This document shows, one piece after another, positions 37,691-48,004 of a DNA stretch of 64,000 nucleotides (position 1 is its first letter; the number at the start of each line of letters is the position of its first letter). The notes under the pieces were generated by a model. The model saw only the letters and a program-made list of their open reading frames with translations. It did no database searches and was not told the DNA's origin. The DNA comes from a virus. The stretch covers positions 1 to 64,000 of IMG/VR virus record IMGVR_UViG_3300024346_000039; one strand, written 5' to 3'. The translations under genes were made by a program, and so were the position numbers.

Positions 37691-38524
37691 ATGACAAATG
37701 ACAGTTTTGAAATTACGCAAGAAGACTTAGACTATCTAAGCGAAGTAAAATTACACATAGCAACCCCTTGCTATGGCGGTATGTGCGGCTCTGACTATGC
37801 AATGTCCGTATTTAAATTTATAAGTTTGGCATCTTCTCTTGGGCTGCAAGTTAGCATCCAACAACTCTCTAACGAAAGTTTAATAACAAGGGCTAGAAAT
37901 CTTCTTGCAAACCATTTTTTAAAAGAAACTGATGGAACTCATTTAATGTTTATTGACGCTGATATTTCTTTTGAGCCTTTAGATATTATTAAACTTGTTC
38001 TTAGAAAAAAAGAAATTATTGGCGGAGCATACCCAATTAAAGAAATTAAATGGGACACTATTTTAAAAAATAAAGATTCAATAAATTCTGTTGAAGGTCT
38101 TATGCATTCTTCTTCTAGTTATGTTGTAAATATTCCTCAGTCCAGCATTGAAAAGTCTGTTCTGTTTGGAGGAAAAATTGAACTAGATAATGGACTGCTT
38201 GAGGTAAGCGGTCTTGGGACTGGTTTTATGCTCATTCAAAGAGAAGTTTTTAAAAAAATGAAAAAATACTACGATAATGATTGGTTTCTCTATAAAGACG
38301 AAAAAGTGCATTTATTCTTTGACACTGCTATTGAAGAGCAGAGTAGAGAGTATCTTAGCGAGGACTACTTTTTTACTAGAAGATGGTTGAATCTGGGTGG
38401 ATTTACTTGGATAGACCCCACAGTGTCTTTAGTTCATACTGGATATTACAGGTTTAATGGCGGGTCTTTAGCGTTAGATTCTATAGAATTAGAAAAAAAT
38501 AAAGAGGAGTCTGTAGATGAGTGA
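37691..38524 (+). CDS. Glycosyltransferase (GT-A fold)
   Basis: IATPCYGG, ESLITRARN, LMFIDADI (DxD), GTGFMLI, LSEDYFF. Confidence 0.75.
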   Translation: MTNDSFEITQEDLDYLSEVKLHIATPCYGGMCGSDYAMSVFKFISLASSLGLQVSIQQLSNESLITRARNLLANHFLKETDGTHLMFIDADISFEPLDIIKLVLRKKEIIGGAYPIKEIKWDTILKNKDSINSVEGLMHSSSSYVVNIPQSSIEKSVLFGGKIELDNGLLEVSGLGTGFMLIQREVFKKMKKYYDNDWFLYKDEKVHLFFDTAIEEQSREYLSEDYFFTRRWLNLGGFTWIDPTVSLVHTGYYRFNGGSLALDSIELEKNKEESVDE

Positions 38525-40337
38525 GGGTCTTTCAGGTATTGAAGTAACTCTTGTTGACTCTGTAGAAAAAGCCAATCAATTTATTTCTTGGCTTGGTGAG
38601 CGTCGTCCCCACAATGCAATTGCTATTGATACAGAAACTGGCGAGCGTCCTGGTATGCCTCGTGACCATGCACTATCTCCTTGGCATGGCGACCTACGCC
38701 TTGTTCAAGTTGGCGATGGTATGCACGGCTGGTCTATTCCTTGGGAAGAGTGGAGCGGTGTTTTCTACGAAGCAATGAATAAGTTTGATGGGCCACTTGT
38801 TTGTCACAACATTGCATTTGAAGCACGATGGTTTGCAGTTAAATCCCGTTGGGAAATGCCTTGGCAACGTGCACACGACACAATGATTATGGCGCACCTC
38901 ATTGACCCGCTAGGTCCTGGAGGTTTGAAACCACTATCTGCACTTTTAATTGACCCACAGGCGGCGTATCTACAAGACAAACTTGATATTGACCTAACTA
39001 AAAATGGTTGGACTTGGGGCACTGTTCCTACAAACTTTGAGCCTTACTGGTCTTATGGTGCACTCGACACAATTTTAACTATGCGTTTGTGGGAGAAATT
39101 TTACGAGAAGTGCGGTCCAGGAAAGCCATATCACAAGGCGTATGAGATTGAAATGGCAGCACGCAAAATTGTTACTCGTATGGAAATCAATGGCGCTCGT
39201 GTTGACCTTGAGTACTCAAAAAAGAAGTATGAAGAACTTCTTACCTACACAGAGCAAGTTAAAGAGTGGGCTGCAAAGACCTATAACGGAACAAGCATTA
39301 CTAGCAATGTTCAGTTAGTTCGTCTGCTAGAAAATCTTGGAGCAGAGATTACTGAAACAACTCCTTCTGGTCAGAAGTCTGCGTCTAAAGACCAACTTAA
39401 ACTACTTACAATTCATGGCTCTGATGAAGTTAAAAATCTTGCCGAAACCGTTTTAAAACAGCGCAAGGCAGACAAACTGGCTAACACCTACTTCCTTAAC
39501 TTTCTTAATAAGAATGTTGATGGAATCTTGCACCCATCTGTTAAGACTCTTGGTGCTCGCACATCTCGTATGTCTATTACAGACCCAGCGCTACAGACTT
39601 TGCCAAAGGGTGATGACACAGTGCGTCGTGCATTTATTCCAAAAGACAAAGACCACGTCATTATTACCTCTGACCTTGACCAGGTTGAGTTCCGTATGTT
39701 TGCATCTTTATCTAAAGACCCAAACCTCATCACTCTATTTAATCGTGCTGATGCAACTGGCTCTGACCCGTTTACTGAAATTGGTCGTGAGGTTTATCAA
39801 GAACCTGATATGACTCGCTCAGATAAGCGCAGAACTCTTATCAAGGGAATGGTCTATGGTCGTCTTTACGGGGCTGGTGTTGCTAAGCAAGCGCTCACTG
39901 CGGGGGTTGCTGAGTCTCAAATGAAGGCTGTATCTGATGCTTTTGACCAGCGATACCCTGGAATGATTAAGTTTCAAAAAGAAATTGAAAACATTGGTGC
40001 TCGCCGTGAACGCGATGAGGGTCAGGGCTACATTCATACATGGACTGGTCGTAAAATTCCTTGCGACGAAAACCGCGTCTACACACTTATTAACTACTTA
40101 ATTCAGGGTGGAGCAGCAGAAGTCTTTAAGAGTAACCTGATTAAGTTAGACCAAGCAGACCTTACTGAAAATCTTATTGTTCCTGTCCACGATGAAATTG
40201 TTTTACAAGCACCTCGTGACCAGGCAGAAGAAATTAAACGCATCGTGCAAGAATGTATGACAACAACTGACGGCTGGGATGTTCCGCTTACTGCTGGAAT
40301 TGATGGGCCACTAGAGACTTGGGGCGACAAATATTGA
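38517..40337 (+). CDS. polA: DNA polymerase family A (3'-5' exonuclease + polymerase)
   Basis: IAIDTET, HNIAFE, DTMIMAHL; motif A DLDQVEFR, motif B KGMVYGRLYG, motif C VHDEI. Confidence 0.95.
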   Translation: MSEGLSGIEVTLVDSVEKANQFISWLGERRPHNAIAIDTETGERPGMPRDHALSPWHGDLRLVQVGDGMHGWSIPWEEWSGVFYEAMNKFDGPLVCHNIAFEARWFAVKSRWEMPWQRAHDTMIMAHLIDPLGPGGLKPLSALLIDPQAAYLQDKLDIDLTKNGWTWGTVPTNFEPYWSYGALDTILTMRLWEKFYEKCGPGKPYHKAYEIEMAARKIVTRMEINGARVDLEYSKKKYEELLTYTEQVKEWAAKTYNGTSITSNVQLVRLLENLGAEITETTPSGQKSASKDQLKLLTIHGSDEVKNLAETVLKQRKADKLANTYFLNFLNKNVDGILHPSVKTLGARTSRMSITDPALQTLPKGDDTVRRAFIPKDKDHVIITSDLDQVEFRMFASLSKDPNLITLFNRADATGSDPFTEIGREVYQEPDMTRSDKRRTLIKGMVYGRLYGAGVAKQALTAGVAESQMKAVSDAFDQRYPGMIKFQKEIENIGARRERDEGQGYIHTWTGRKIPCDENRVYTLINYLIQGGAAEVFKSNLIKLDQADLTENLIVPVHDEIVLQAPRDQAEEIKRIVQECMTTTDGWDVPLTAGIDGPLETWGDKY

Positions 40338-40801
40338 TAACTGTTCTTGCTGTAGACCCTGGAAAAGCCAGTGGTATTGCACTTGTATCTTGGTCTGGCA
40401 ATCAAGAAGATTTGCCAAAGTTAGAACTTTCATTTGAGTCGCAACCTGAAAACTTTGCCACTGATGTGACTATCTGCCTTACAAATTGGAAGCAATATGA
40501 AAAGTTTGCTATTTCTTGTGAGCGATTTACTATCAATGCTCAAACTGTCCGTAACTCTCAGGCGCCTTATTCACTAGAGCAGATAGGCGTTCTTAAGCAT
40601 CTATGTCGCACTAACGAATATGGGCCAGACAACATCAGTTTTCAAACCCCTGCTGATGCCAAAGCACTTTTTCCCAACGAGGCACTTCGTAAGGTAGGAA
40701 CTTGGCATAAGGGCGGGGAAGGGCACGCTTTAGATGCCATCCGACACGCCCTGCTAAAACTGACTAAGTTAGGCTGGAAGCCAAAAGTTCTGCTAGAGTA
40801 G
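40334..40801 (+). CDS. RuvC-like Holliday junction resolvase
   Basis: VLAVDPGKASGIA..CERF..HALDAIRH; TTG start overlapping the polA stop. Confidence 0.7.
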   Translation: MITVLAVDPGKASGIALVSWSGNQEDLPKLELSFESQPENFATDVTICLTNWKQYEKFAISCERFTINAQTVRNSQAPYSLEQIGVLKHLCRTNEYGPDNISFQTPADAKALFPNEALRKVGTWHKGGEGHALDAIRHALLKLTKLGWKPKVLLE

Positions 40802-40874
40802 GTTACTAGCAAGAAAAAATAAAAAACTTAAAAATCTCTGCTAGTATATAGACTTAATGACATTAGGAGTAAAA

Positions 40875-42677
40875 ATGACAGTTTCAGTAGATATTGACTC
40901 CGCTGGAGAGAATATCCTTATTAACGCTGACTGGCGCTATAAAGAACTCTGTAAGAGCCTTCCAGGGGCCTCCTGGAGCCCTAAAGAGCAGGTCTGGCGT
41001 GCTCCTTTAAGTTGGACAACCTGCCTTGCTTTACGCTCTACATTCCGCGATAACTTAGAGATTCAGCCATCTTTAGCAACTTGGGCTGGAAGCCTTCTAG
41101 AAACCCGTATAAACCCTTCTAACGCCCTTAGAGAGTTAGAGTCATATGAAGGTGACCCTGTTCTATTCCCTCATCAAAGGGCTGGAGTAGCCTTCCTCAG
41201 CACAGCAAGACGAGCACTCTTAGCCGATGAACCAGGGCTTGGAAAGACCGCTCAAGCCATCCGTGCCCTCAAAGAGTTGCACGACAAAGGCGAAGATATT
41301 TTTCCTATTTTAATTGTTTGCCCTAATACCCTTAAGAAGAACTGGGCTCGTGAGTTCAACATCTGGTGGCCAGGGGTAATAACTCAAGTTATCAAAGGGT
41401 CAGCAGTTCAACGCAAAAACCAGTTTGAGGAGCCAGCACAGGTATTCATTATCAACTGGGAGTCCTTGCGCTCTCACTCACGACTATCAGGATATGGCTC
41501 TATCGCTTTGACTCGTTGCAAGGCTTGTGGCGGTCAAGATGAAAAGACAACAGAGGCGCGTTGTGAAGTTCACTTGCGAGAGTTAAATGGAATTGATTTT
41601 AAGGCTGTAATTGCTGACGAGATTCACCGCTCTAAAGACCCTAAGTCAAAACAAAGTCGTGCTCTTTGGGCTGCTACAGGAGATGCTGATATTCGTTTTG
41701 CACTTACTGGAACGCCTATTGCTAACAATGTTGTTGATTTGTGGGCAATCCTTCACTGGCTTTCACCAAAAGACTGGCCTTCAAAGACAAAGTGGATTGA
41801 CCGAATGGTTGACACGATGCTCAACGCCTTTGGCGGAATGATGGTTCTTGGAGTTAAAGCACATATGCAAGATGAGTTCTATAAGAGTGTTAATCCTTAT
41901 ATGCGTCGTATGTTGAAAAAAGTTGTGCTTCCACATCTGCCACCAGTTCTTACTGAACGCAGAGATGTTGAGATGTCTACAAAACAAAAAAAGGCATACG
42001 AGCAGATGCGTGACCTAATGATTGCTGAACTTGGCGATGAAGGTGATGTTGTTACTGCACCCAGCGTTTTGACACAGACAATTAGATTGTTGCAGTTTGC
42101 TAGTTCATACGCTACTTTAGAAGTGGACGAAACAACTGGAGAGCAAAAGACTATCCTAAACGCTCCTTCTTGCAAGATTGATGCGTTGATGGAAGACATT
42201 GAAAACGGAGATTTTGGAGACGACTCTGTTGCTGTTTCGGCTGTATCTAAACAACTTATCAATCTTCTTAGTGCAGAACTTACAAAGAAGAAGATTGCTC
42301 ACGGGCTGATTACTGGCGACCAAGATGAAGATGAGCGTCAGCAAGCAGTTGACGATTTCCAAGCAGGAAAGATTAAGTGGATTCTGTTTACAGCACAGGC
42401 AGGTGGTGTTGGTATTACCTTGACTGCTGCTCGTAGATTGATTATGCTTCAACGACCTTGGTCTCTTGTTGATTACAAACAAGTTCTTGATAGAGTCCAT
42501 CGTATTGGCAGTGAAGTGCATGACTCAATCGTCATTACTGACTATGTCACAGACGGAACAATCGAGGAGCGAGTTATTCAAGTTCTTGAAACTAAAGCCG
42601 ACAACTTTGAGCAAATTGTTAGGGATAAAAACCAACTGCTCAAACTTCTACAAGATGATAAGGCAGGGAAACTATGA
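40875..42677 (+). CDS. SNF2-family helicase/ATPase
   Basis: LLADEPGLGKT, IADEIH, ALTGTP, AGGVGITLT, QVLDRVHRIG. Confidence 0.92.
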   Translation: MTVSVDIDSAGENILINADWRYKELCKSLPGASWSPKEQVWRAPLSWTTCLALRSTFRDNLEIQPSLATWAGSLLETRINPSNALRELESYEGDPVLFPHQRAGVAFLSTARRALLADEPGLGKTAQAIRALKELHDKGEDIFPILIVCPNTLKKNWAREFNIWWPGVITQVIKGSAVQRKNQFEEPAQVFIINWESLRSHSRLSGYGSIALTRCKACGGQDEKTTEARCEVHLRELNGIDFKAVIADEIHRSKDPKSKQSRALWAATGDADIRFALTGTPIANNVVDLWAILHWLSPKDWPSKTKWIDRMVDTMLNAFGGMMVLGVKAHMQDEFYKSVNPYMRRMLKKVVLPHLPPVLTERRDVEMSTKQKKAYEQMRDLMIAELGDEGDVVTAPSVLTQTIRLLQFASSYATLEVDETTGEQKTILNAPSCKIDALMEDIENGDFGDDSVAVSAVSKQLINLLSAELTKKKIAHGLITGDQDEDERQQAVDDFQAGKIKWILFTAQAGGVGITLTAARRLIMLQRPWSLVDYKQVLDRVHRIGSEVHDSIVITDYVTDGTIEERVIQVLETKADNFEQIVRDKNQLLKLLQDDKAGKL

Positions 42678-43603
42678 GTGGAATCGTAAGACTTTCAAAC
42701 TCAGAACTACAAACATTTAAAGATTGTCGCCGTCGTTGGTGGCTTACTTACTATCGTCGTCTGCGCCCTAAACAACAAGATATGACTGGTGCGCTAGCAC
42801 TCGGTAGTCGCATCCACCAAGCGCTAGATGACCACTATGCAAAAGGTGTTCCACTACTTAAAGCGCACTCGGACCTAGTCGAGATTGATAAACAACTTCT
42901 TCTTGCAGACTTTCGTGATGTTGCAAACCTAGAAACTGAAGCCGAACTTGGTCGCATCATGCTTGAAGGATACGAAGAGTGGGTTGCAGAGAACGGCATT
43001 GACGCTGAACTAGAAATGATTTCAACAGAAGAAACAATTGTTGCCCCGCTATTTAATGGTGAAGTAGAACTTCAAGGCAAGTTGGATATGCGTGTTCGTC
43101 GCAAGGCTGACGGTGTGCGTATGTTCCGTGACTTTAAGACTGTTGGAGGCTCTCTTGCAGAGTTTTCTAATATGGCTCATATGAACGAGCAGGTTATGAC
43201 TTATATGCTTCTTGAATCAACTAAAGTTGACGAGAAAGAGCGTAGCGATGGTGGAATCTTTACACTACTAAAAAAGGTTCGTCGCACTGCTGCTGCAAAG
43301 CCACCATTTTATGACCAAGTAGAAATTAGACACAACATCTTTACTATGCGTTCTTTCTGGAATAGAATCCACGGAACGATTGCAGATTTAATGAGAGTTC
43401 GCACAGGACTAGATGCTGGTGAAGACCACGCATTTCTTGCTTATCCAAAAGCAAGTCGTGACTGCAAATGGAAATGCCAATTTTTCGCTATATGCCCAAT
43501 GTTTGACGACGGAAGCGCCGCTGAACAAGCACTTAGCGAAATGTATGAGGAAACAGACCCTTATGCATATTACGGAACAAACGAAACAAAAGGAAGCGAG
43601 TGA
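42674..43603 (+). CDS. PD-(D/E)XK (Cas4/RecB-like) exonuclease
   Basis: LSNSELQTFKDCRRRW, GS.IH, GKLD..RDFKT, Q...Y, C-terminal CKWKCQF..IC. Confidence 0.85.
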   Translation: MSGIVRLSNSELQTFKDCRRRWWLTYYRRLRPKQQDMTGALALGSRIHQALDDHYAKGVPLLKAHSDLVEIDKQLLLADFRDVANLETEAELGRIMLEGYEEWVAENGIDAELEMISTEETIVAPLFNGEVELQGKLDMRVRRKADGVRMFRDFKTVGGSLAEFSNMAHMNEQVMTYMLLESTKVDEKERSDGGIFTLLKKVRRTAAAKPPFYDQVEIRHNIFTMRSFWNRIHGTIADLMRVRTGLDAGEDHAFLAYPKASRDCKWKCQFFAICPMFDDGSAAEQALSEMYEETDPYAYYGTNETKGSE

Positions 43604-44373
43604 CATATATGAGCGAAATTCAACGCTCTTTGACGGTTATGGTTTATGGGGAATCAAAGGTTGGTAAGTCATCCTTTGCTGTAACTGCACCATACCCACG
43701 ACTCATGCTTGACGTTGAGGGTGGACACCGCTTCCTCCCTATCGTTGTCAAGTATTGGGACCCTCTGCGAGAGGAACCACCTATTGCAGATGGAACTTGG
43801 GATACTTGTGTAGTCACAGTTCGTGATTACGACACGGTCATTAAGACTTATCAATGGCTACAACTTGGTCGCCATCACTTCAAGAGTTTGATTATTGACT
43901 CAATCTCTGAACTACAAGTGAAGTGTATGGACAGCATCGCAGGTAACGAACAAATGAAGATGCAACAGTGGGGCGAATTACTTCGTCACATGGGCGGTCT
44001 TCTACGCGACTTGCGTGACTTAACAATGCACGCTACAAACCCTCTTGAGGCTGTTGTTCTTACAGCAATGTCTAGAACAGCACAGGATGGTCGTCATAAG
44101 CCATATTTGCAGGGACAACTTGCAATTCAGGCTCCATATTTTTATGACATTCTCGGCGCACTGACAGTGGAGACGGTTCCAAACCCAGACCCAATGCAGG
44201 GGCCATACAAAGTTCGTCGTATGTATGTCGAACGAACAAATGAATACGAAGCAGGAGAGCGTGTTCAGGGTCGTCTTGGTTCAATTGTTGAACAAGATAA
44301 ACTCTCCATCGAGGTTATGCTTAACACTATTTTTGGTGAGAAGCAGACAACAGAAAAAACAACTAAGGAATAG
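43600..44373 (+). CDS. Sak4-like AAA ATPase / ssDNA annealing protein
   Basis: Walker A VYGESKVGKS, IIDSISE; lies between the exonuclease and SSB. Confidence 0.8.
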   Translation: MTYMSEIQRSLTVMVYGESKVGKSSFAVTAPYPRLMLDVEGGHRFLPIVVKYWDPLREEPPIADGTWDTCVVTVRDYDTVIKTYQWLQLGRHHFKSLIIDSISELQVKCMDSIAGNEQMKMQQWGELLRHMGGLLRDLRDLTMHATNPLEAVVLTAMSRTAQDGRHKPYLQGQLAIQAPYFYDILGALTVETVPNPDPMQGPYKVRRMYVERTNEYEAGERVQGRLGSIVEQDKLSIEVMLNTIFGEKQTTEKTTKE

Positions 44374-44379
44374 GAAGCC

Positions 44380-44910
44380 ATGAGTACACTAAATTGGGCG
44401 GACTTGGTCCGCGATGCTGGTGAGTCAAGCAGTTATGAACCGCTACCAGACGGCGATTACGACGTCGTTGTAGTTGAAGCAACTGCAAAAGTTACACAGA
44501 GTGGAAAGACTATGTTCTCTGTGAAAACACAGGTCGAAGGTGGGCCACACAATAAGCGCCTTGTTTGGGATAACTTAGTGGTTTCCCCTGAAAACAATGC
44601 AGCAATGGGTATCTTCTTTAAGAAGATGCACGCACTAGGAATCCCTCGTGATTTCTTCTTGCAATCTCCGTCAAACGCTCAGATTGAGCAAGCCATTAAT
44701 GGTCGTCGTTTCCGAGCACAGGTCGGAACTCGCACATGGAATGGCACAAAGAAGAACGAAATCAAGAACTACTACCCAGTAGTTTCTGGTCAGGCACCAG
44801 CAGCAACGCCAACAATGGCAGCACCTGCACCTGCACCTGCTCCAGCGCCAGCACCTGCTCCAGCGCCAGCACCTGCCGCAGCCACACAGGCTCCAGCAGC
44901 ACCGTTCTAA
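44380..44910 (+). CDS. DUF669-like single-stranded DNA-binding protein
   Basis: YEPLPDGDY.V.V..A..SGKTM..NEIK; Ala-Pro tail ending PF. Confidence 0.75.
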   Translation: MSTLNWADLVRDAGESSSYEPLPDGDYDVVVVEATAKVTQSGKTMFSVKTQVEGGPHNKRLVWDNLVVSPENNAAMGIFFKKMHALGIPRDFFLQSPSNAQIEQAINGRRFRAQVGTRTWNGTKKNEIKNYYPVVSGQAPAATPTMAAPAPAPAPAPAPAPAPAPAAATQAPAAPF

Positions 44911-44918
44911 TAAAGATG

Positions 44919-44957
44919 CTAGGAACCGCCCAACGTTTATCGTTGGGTGGTTCTTGG
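44919..44957 (+). terminator. Stem-loop after SSB
   Basis: CTAGGAACCGCCCAACG-TTTAT-CGTTGGGTGGTTCTTGG. Confidence 0.65.
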
Positions 44958-44976
44958 CAATTAGGAAAGAGGATTA

Positions 44977-46002
44977 ATGAAAGTTTTTATGACAGGCTGC
45001 ACATCTCCACAAGCCTCTAAAACTGCAAGCGAGAGTCTTCCTTCTTTTGCTGGAATTGTTTATCTTGCTTTAACTCAATCTGGATGTGACGTAACTTGGT
45101 CAGACCCATCAATTAAGATGGATAAGGATTACTTATCTCAATTTGATGCGGTGCTTGTAGGTATGTCTTCCCCGATGGGACTAACTTCTCATAGGCTTTA
45201 CGGTGCATTATCCGTAGTAAACATTGCCTACGAACTTGGAACTTTATCTTTATTTGTTGATGCACCAGAGCCGCACAAAGTGTGGAATGGTCTTAGAGGT
45301 GTATATAAAAACCCTAAAGACCTTGTAAAAGATTTTTACATTAAGCGTAAAGAGTTTAATGACACGCTTGAACCAGCAAACTTTGAAAAAGTATTTGCTG
45401 GACTTTCAAAACTTTACACAGAGATTTGGCCTAAAACTATAATTCCTGGCTATCCTTGGACAAAGCCAGAATCTATTATCAAATATATTCCTAATGTTGA
45501 CCCTAATAATGTATTTGCTTTAGTCCCAGACTCAGCGCTGCTTAACATTGAAAGAGGCTCTAGAGGGATTGCTGAAGGCGGATACTGGTGCATTGATGAC
45601 CCTAAGACAGACTGGTTTAAGAAAACAGAGAAGCATTTAACCCATAAGACTATGCAATACCGTGATGGTAGAACTGAAACCAATCAAGATATTCTAGTAA
45701 AACTAAATAATGCAACTGGTGCTCTTATTTCGACATACCGTGATGGTGCTTCGTGGTGGCTGCCAAGCCTTGCTCAAGCGCTGTTTGTTGGCGTTCCTGT
45801 AGTTACTGACTGGAGACTCACTGTCGGTATGGGACCAGAGTGGGGAGTTCTTCCTTTTGCTATTGAAGAGATGTCTAGAGAAGAACGATTAGTTCACGCT
45901 AATACTCAAAAAGAATCATATAAAAATAATATTCCAACCTGGGAAACATTTAAAAATTCTGTGGTTGAAACATTGTTTGAAAAAGACTACGCTACTAACT
46001 AA
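44977..46002 (+). CDS. Hypothetical protein, possibly GT-B-fold glycosyltransferase-like
   Basis: N-terminal MKVFMTG strand and C-terminal QALFVGVPVVTD resemble GT-B; weak. Confidence 0.4.
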   Translation: MKVFMTGCTSPQASKTASESLPSFAGIVYLALTQSGCDVTWSDPSIKMDKDYLSQFDAVLVGMSSPMGLTSHRLYGALSVVNIAYELGTLSLFVDAPEPHKVWNGLRGVYKNPKDLVKDFYIKRKEFNDTLEPANFEKVFAGLSKLYTEIWPKTIIPGYPWTKPESIIKYIPNVDPNNVFALVPDSALLNIERGSRGIAEGGYWCIDDPKTDWFKKTEKHLTHKTMQYRDGRTETNQDILVKLNNATGALISTYRDGASWWLPSLAQALFVGVPVVTDWRLTVGMGPEWGVLPFAIEEMSREERLVHANTQKESYKNNIPTWETFKNSVVETLFEKDYATN

Positions 46003-46021
46003 GCAGATATAGGAGACGAAC

Positions 46022-46441
46022 ATGGCTGAAGTAGACAATGATTGGGTGAGAAGTCAACTCACCGAGAATAAAACAAAAAAAGTTGTTGGAGATTCGGTTT
46101 TAAAACTTCTTGCTACTTGGGAACAATTAAAACAACCAACAGATAAAAATGCTAAAGACATTATTAACATTTTTAGTAAGTTGGCTTTGGGTCACTCAAT
46201 AGTGGAAGATAATCCTAATGAAAAATGGATTGTTGCTCAGGCTGGATATATTAAAGTAGCAGACACTGTTCGAGTCCGTAGCAATGCTTTTGACGGAGAA
46301 CAAGGTAAGGCATACAACGGACGTAGAGGACGAGTTGTCGGCGTTCGTTATGGAGATGTTATTGTTAAGACAGATGATGGCAAGACTCCAGTGCTAGATG
46401 GAATCCACTTTAAACCAGAAAACTTGGAAAAGTTGGTATAA
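46022..46441 (+). CDS. Hypothetical protein with C-terminal SH3-like barrel
   Basis: AGGAG RBS; DTVRV..NGRRGRVVGVRYGDVIV. Confidence 0.7.
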   Translation: MAEVDNDWVRSQLTENKTKKVVGDSVLKLLATWEQLKQPTDKNAKDIINIFSKLALGHSIVEDNPNEKWIVAQAGYIKVADTVRVRSNAFDGEQGKAYNGRRGRVVGVRYGDVIVKTDDGKTPVLDGIHFKPENLEKLV

Positions 46442-46443
46442 CA

Positions 46444-46644
46444 ATGCCAACAACTACATATAAGTTTTCTGTAAACGCTAAGAACCATAACGAGATTGTC
46501 AGTATTGCTGAGGAAAAAATTAATGCATACACTGGCCCAACAACGTCTCATAATCTAACCTACGAGATTATTGTAGAAGATGGCACAGACAACAAGACAT
46601 ACACTGCTCAAGTCATAGCGAGGATTAAAGATGAATACAGATAA
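46444..46644 (+). CDS. Small hypothetical protein
   Basis: Fits operon spacing. Confidence 0.6.
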   Translation: MPTTTYKFSVNAKNHNEIVSIAEEKINAYTGPTTSHNLTYEIIVEDGTDNKTYTAQVIARIKDEYR

Positions 46645-46954
46645 TGAGACAACTCAACAAAACCCTCTTCGTGTCGAAGCGTTAAGAGAAGCAGCAAAAA
46701 TTATTTCTGGTGATAGAAACAAACAATATGGCTCTCCTGAAGATAACTTTGAAAGAACTGCTCAGATTTGGTCAGTGATTTTAGGTGTGCCAATTAGTAA
46801 TGAAGATGTGGCAATGATGATGGTTGGGCTTAAGGTGGCACGCTATGCCTCTAAATCTGGCTATCAGCCTGACACATGGATTGATATTGCGGGATATGCA
46901 GGATGCGGGTATGAGGTGGGCTCGCTAGAACATAATAAAAAATCCAACAACTAA
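46631..46954 (+). CDS. DUF6378 family protein
   Basis: L.EA..II.GDRNKQYG.PEDNF..A..WS..DVA.MM..LK.AR..D.WIDIAGYA. Confidence 0.8.
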   Translation: MNTDNETTQQNPLRVEALREAAKIISGDRNKQYGSPEDNFERTAQIWSVILGVPISNEDVAMMMVGLKVARYASKSGYQPDTWIDIAGYAGCGYEVGSLEHNKKSNN

Positions 46955-46973
46955 CTTTTAAGAAAGGTTTCCC

Positions 46974-47237
46974 GTGTCCCGCAAACCTTGGGAATTTGAA
47001 AATCCAACCTGTGCAGAAGTTGGACTTGACGTTTTTTATATACAAGATATAGATGAAGACCCAGAAACATCTTCTTATGACCACAAAGAAGCAAGGAAAC
47101 TTTGCTCCTCTTGTGTTTATAAGACAGAGTGTGCTGAATGGGGAATTATGCACGAAGCATTTGGAATATGGGGTGGTCTTACCCCCAGAGAAAGAGTTCA
47201 AATAAGACGGGCTAGGCACATCAATATCTCTCTATAG
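46974..47237 (+). CDS. whiB: WhiB family transcription factor
   Basis: Four Cys (C..CSSC..C) and GIWGGLTPRER turn motif. Confidence 0.9.
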   Translation: MSRKPWEFENPTCAEVGLDVFYIQDIDEDPETSSYDHKEARKLCSSCVYKTECAEWGIMHEAFGIWGGLTPRERVQIRRARHINISL

Positions 47238-47296
47238 GATACAAAATAGAGATAGAATTATGCTGTAAACCATACCTCTAGAAAGAGAGGTTTGAA

Positions 47297-47590
47297 ATGG
47301 CAGCAGAGCCTGTACTAAGTCCTATGGCTGTGTGCGAAATATGCTGGCTTCAAGATAACGCTAACTGGGAACCACAGAGCGTTAACGAAGAAGGCAACAT
47401 TATGATGCGCCTTGTCGGGGTAAAAACCCCTGAAATTTTTGAGCCAGGAAATGTTGATGTCTGCTGTATGTGTGGTGCTATAACTATTGCAGGGATATAC
47501 GAACTTAAAGACCCACAAAAAGTTTACTTTCTTACTGACGACTCAGCCAAGGATTTTGAATACGAATTTGATACCATAGACGACGAGTAG
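47297..47590 (+). CDS. Hypothetical Cys-containing protein
   Basis: CEIC and CCMC motifs; GAGAGG RBS. Confidence 0.7.
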   Translation: MAAEPVLSPMAVCEICWLQDNANWEPQSVNEEGNIMMRLVGVKTPEIFEPGNVDVCCMCGAITIAGIYELKDPQKVYFLTDDSAKDFEYEFDTIDDE

Positions 47591-47605
47591 ATTCGGAGTC
47601 TGGTA

Positions 47606-47944
47606 ATGGCAAAAGACACACGACACGGGGAGCACCTGTGGTCTGAGTGGTCAGGTTGTGGGTTGTCTCAGGAAAGAAGCGATTCCCTTATTTACTTCAC
47701 TATTGACCACATTGACGTTGAGCATGAACTCATTAGGAAAGCATTAGCCTCCACAATTCAAAGAGATGGAATTGTTGATTCTTTAGGAGATGCCTTTAAG
47801 CGACTTGAACTTTCAAAAGTTGTTTGTGGTTGGATAGGGACATTTGAAGAAGATACCGACCTCTACGCTTGTGATGAGACTGGCGAAACTGAATATGGTG
47901 ATATAGTTCAAGATATTCAACCTATTACTTGGGTAGAAATTTAA
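47606..47944 (+). CDS. Hypothetical protein
   Basis: GGAG RBS. Confidence 0.7.
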   Translation: MAKDTRHGEHLWSEWSGCGLSQERSDSLIYFTIDHIDVEHELIRKALASTIQRDGIVDSLGDAFKRLELSKVVCGWIGTFEEDTDLYACDETGETEYGDIVQDIQPITWVEI

Positions 47945-48004
47945 TAAAATTAGTTTGCTTTAGTTACATAATTTTTAATATGTTTAGTGTATTATTATTG
48001 CATT

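Noticed and set aside
42674-43603. Cas4-like nuclease as part of a CRISPR-Cas system
   Set aside because: No other cas genes or array; the context is a standard exonuclease-Sak4-SSB recombination module
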